A stretch of 64,000 bases of DNA from Lingula anatina (Eukaryota > Animalia > Brachiopoda), in assembly GCA_051362555.1 (NCBI GenBank), contig CM120640.1:40030788-40094787 (forward strand), in the 5' to 3' direction. The notes beneath the pieces were generated by a model. That model worked only from the letters and a program-made list of their open reading frames with translations. It was not told the DNA's origin and did no database searches. How positions within the stretch are numbered: the stretch's first letter is position 1; each line of letters begins with the position of its first letter. Positions 61,906-64,000 of this stretch are shown here, piece after piece. The position numbers were made by a program, and so were the translations under genes.

Positions 61906-63729
61906 TTACATATTAGTTGATGCCACTCGACCATTTTCTGTCGGATCAGCAGGTACATAGGCCATATTGGTGACACCGTTTTGGGTAGGTTTGCTTGTTT
62001 CCATATCAATGGCTGGTTTCATCTCAACGGCCACCCGATCAGCGTTTTGTTGCTCTTCCAGAGCGACTTCTTCCAGTTCCTTGCGCGAGAGGTGAGCAAC
62101 GATGCCAGCACCAATGCTGTCTCCCATGACGTTCACCATAGTTCGGAAGCGATCTCTGAAAAATAAAATAATTGAAAATTACTTGTGACCGACAGTACAT
62201 ATTATTTTAAAACCAATGAAAAGAGGGTTATACGCGTTAATTACGTACTGAAGTTGTCCTCAACACTCCGGAAATACAATGGGGAAAATATTCATATGTG
62301 CTATTAAGCATTCTTGGTACTATACATGTACAACTATTTTGGATCGAAAAAATTACATTTGATACGTCAGCAAGTCTATGCATAAAAGTAATGCCGAAAA
62401 TGCGCGATTGGGAGAACACACACAAAGGGTTTTGATGAAAACCCCACTGTAAATTTTAATCTATCTGAGATGTCATCAAGAACGACATACATAATGCACT
62501 TACAGGAACCAGTCTATGGCAACAATCAACTGAATGTCTCCTAGCGGTAGCCCCACTGCAGTAAGCACGATTGCCATGGTAACCAGACCGGCTTGCGGCA
62601 CTCCTGCTGCCCCAATGGAAGCTGCTGTGGCTGTGATGCTGAAGAATTAGATTGCAACACACGACGCGTTATACCTGATAAAAAAATTTACTAAGAAATA
62701 CGAAGTGAAAAAAAATTAAAACAAATCAGTTGGGGAAAATAGAGAAATGATAGCCAAAACCAAATTCAGAAGTATTTTAACAGAGTTTGTACAGTTTTTG
62801 AATGGATAAAAATGTGAAAAAATAAAATCGCAATTGAAATCATTTTCATGGAACTTCGTAATCCAGTAATTCCTATGACAAATCACTTCTATACATTTGA
62901 CGTGCAATGCATTGCGGCATGTGATCCAGATGTGTTTTCACGACTACCACATCTAAGTTTAATGGCATTGTTTACCTTATTGTAATAATCTGTCCGATGT
63001 TAAGCGGAATGTTATTGACTTGAGCGATAAATATAGCAGCTACGGCTTCGTACAGAGCAGTACCGTCCATGTTAATTGTTGCACCTACGGGGATGACGAA
63101 ACCAACTGCATGCGGGTTGACCTTGTTGTTTTCTTCCAGACAAGTCATGGTGACGGGCATTGTAGCTGAGCTGGGTTAAAAGAAAATAAGAAAATGAAAT
63201 GTACGCTTACTATATATATAAAATTATCTCTGACATTAATACAAGGAATTTTACAATGCTGCATAAAGTCCATGTTTTACAAAAACTCTGAATTTAGACT
63301 TGCACTCAATAACTGACACTTTTTAATATTTTGATATCAAAGATTGTCTAATGCCTTGCAATTGTCTATAAAAACCCCTTTTAAACAAGTTCACATGTTC
63401 AGTGTTTGTTTAAGGGCTTCCAGTGATAGAAACTCAACCACTGATATCGGCAGACTGATTATATGAATGGATTAACATGAAGTACCACCACAAACCTTGA
63501 TGACGTTCCAAGAGCAGTTACCATTGCCTGCATCACGCCATAGATAAACTTGAAAGGATTTTTCCTGGTCATTATAAAGTATATCAGCGGCAGAACCACA
63601 ATGGCGTGAATGGCTAAACCGGACAGAACCGTTATCGTGTAGAACCCCACTTGTTCCAAAACCTGGCCAATGTCCTCCATTTCTACCACCTTTGAGGCGA
63701 TCAAGAACATAATACCAATGGGAGAGTAC
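61906..63729 (-). CDS. SLC1A: Gene C: 3' four exons of a third, more diverged SLC1A/EAAT gene (5' part outside the window)
   Basis: Exons 63729-63496 (234 nt), 63170-62976 (195), 62638-62504 (135) and 62155-61906; intron positions as in [59 protein letters not shown]; ends STNM; no lesion seen. Confidence 0.93.
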
Positions 63730-64000
63730 CTAATGCATGACAAAAAAAAAACAAAAAAAAAAAACAAAGCAGTATTATACTCCTACTTGTTTCAACACTT
63801 TCTTAATATTTTCATTAATTCTAACACTTTTGAGGTGCTCAATAGATTTTTTAAATATATAGATAGATTTTTTAAAGATTTTTTAAAGATTTTTTAAAAC
63901 GGGCCTCTACATGTATCCATTGTTGCATACCGATTATGCCAACTTCAGAATATCTCCCAATTTCTCTGGGTGAACATAAGTTTCCTACCTTATTAATCAA

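Overview
AT-rich animal genomic DNA, probably a marine invertebrate; the species cannot be determined from the sequence. The right half holds a tandem cluster of three minus-strand SLC1A/EAAT-type glutamate transporter genes, which I reconstructed exon by exon. Gene A (37576-45798) is intact, with 8 coding exons and 561 aa. Gene B (about 55255-59741) is a paralog of A with two frameshifts, a premature stop and substitutions at substrate-binding positions. Gene C is represented only by its last 4 exons (61906-63729) and runs off the window. The left ~37 kb has no supportable host gene. It is a mosaic of non-autonomous DNA transposons (Harbinger-, hAT-, EnSpm/CACTA-, Academ- and Helentron-like; Tc1/mariner- and Kolobok-like MITEs lie in gene A introns), SINE/LINE fragments, a mini LTR retroelement nested in a MITE, and microsatellites. 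The most striking non-genic signal is a strong excess of the palindromes TAGGCCTA and TACATGTA. Paired repeat copies inside the window show TAGGCC(C)TA replacing a single TA, the pattern expected of DNA-transposon excision footprints, and elements with matching termini are present. All counts and alignments were done by eye, and transposon family names are inferred from terminal structure only.
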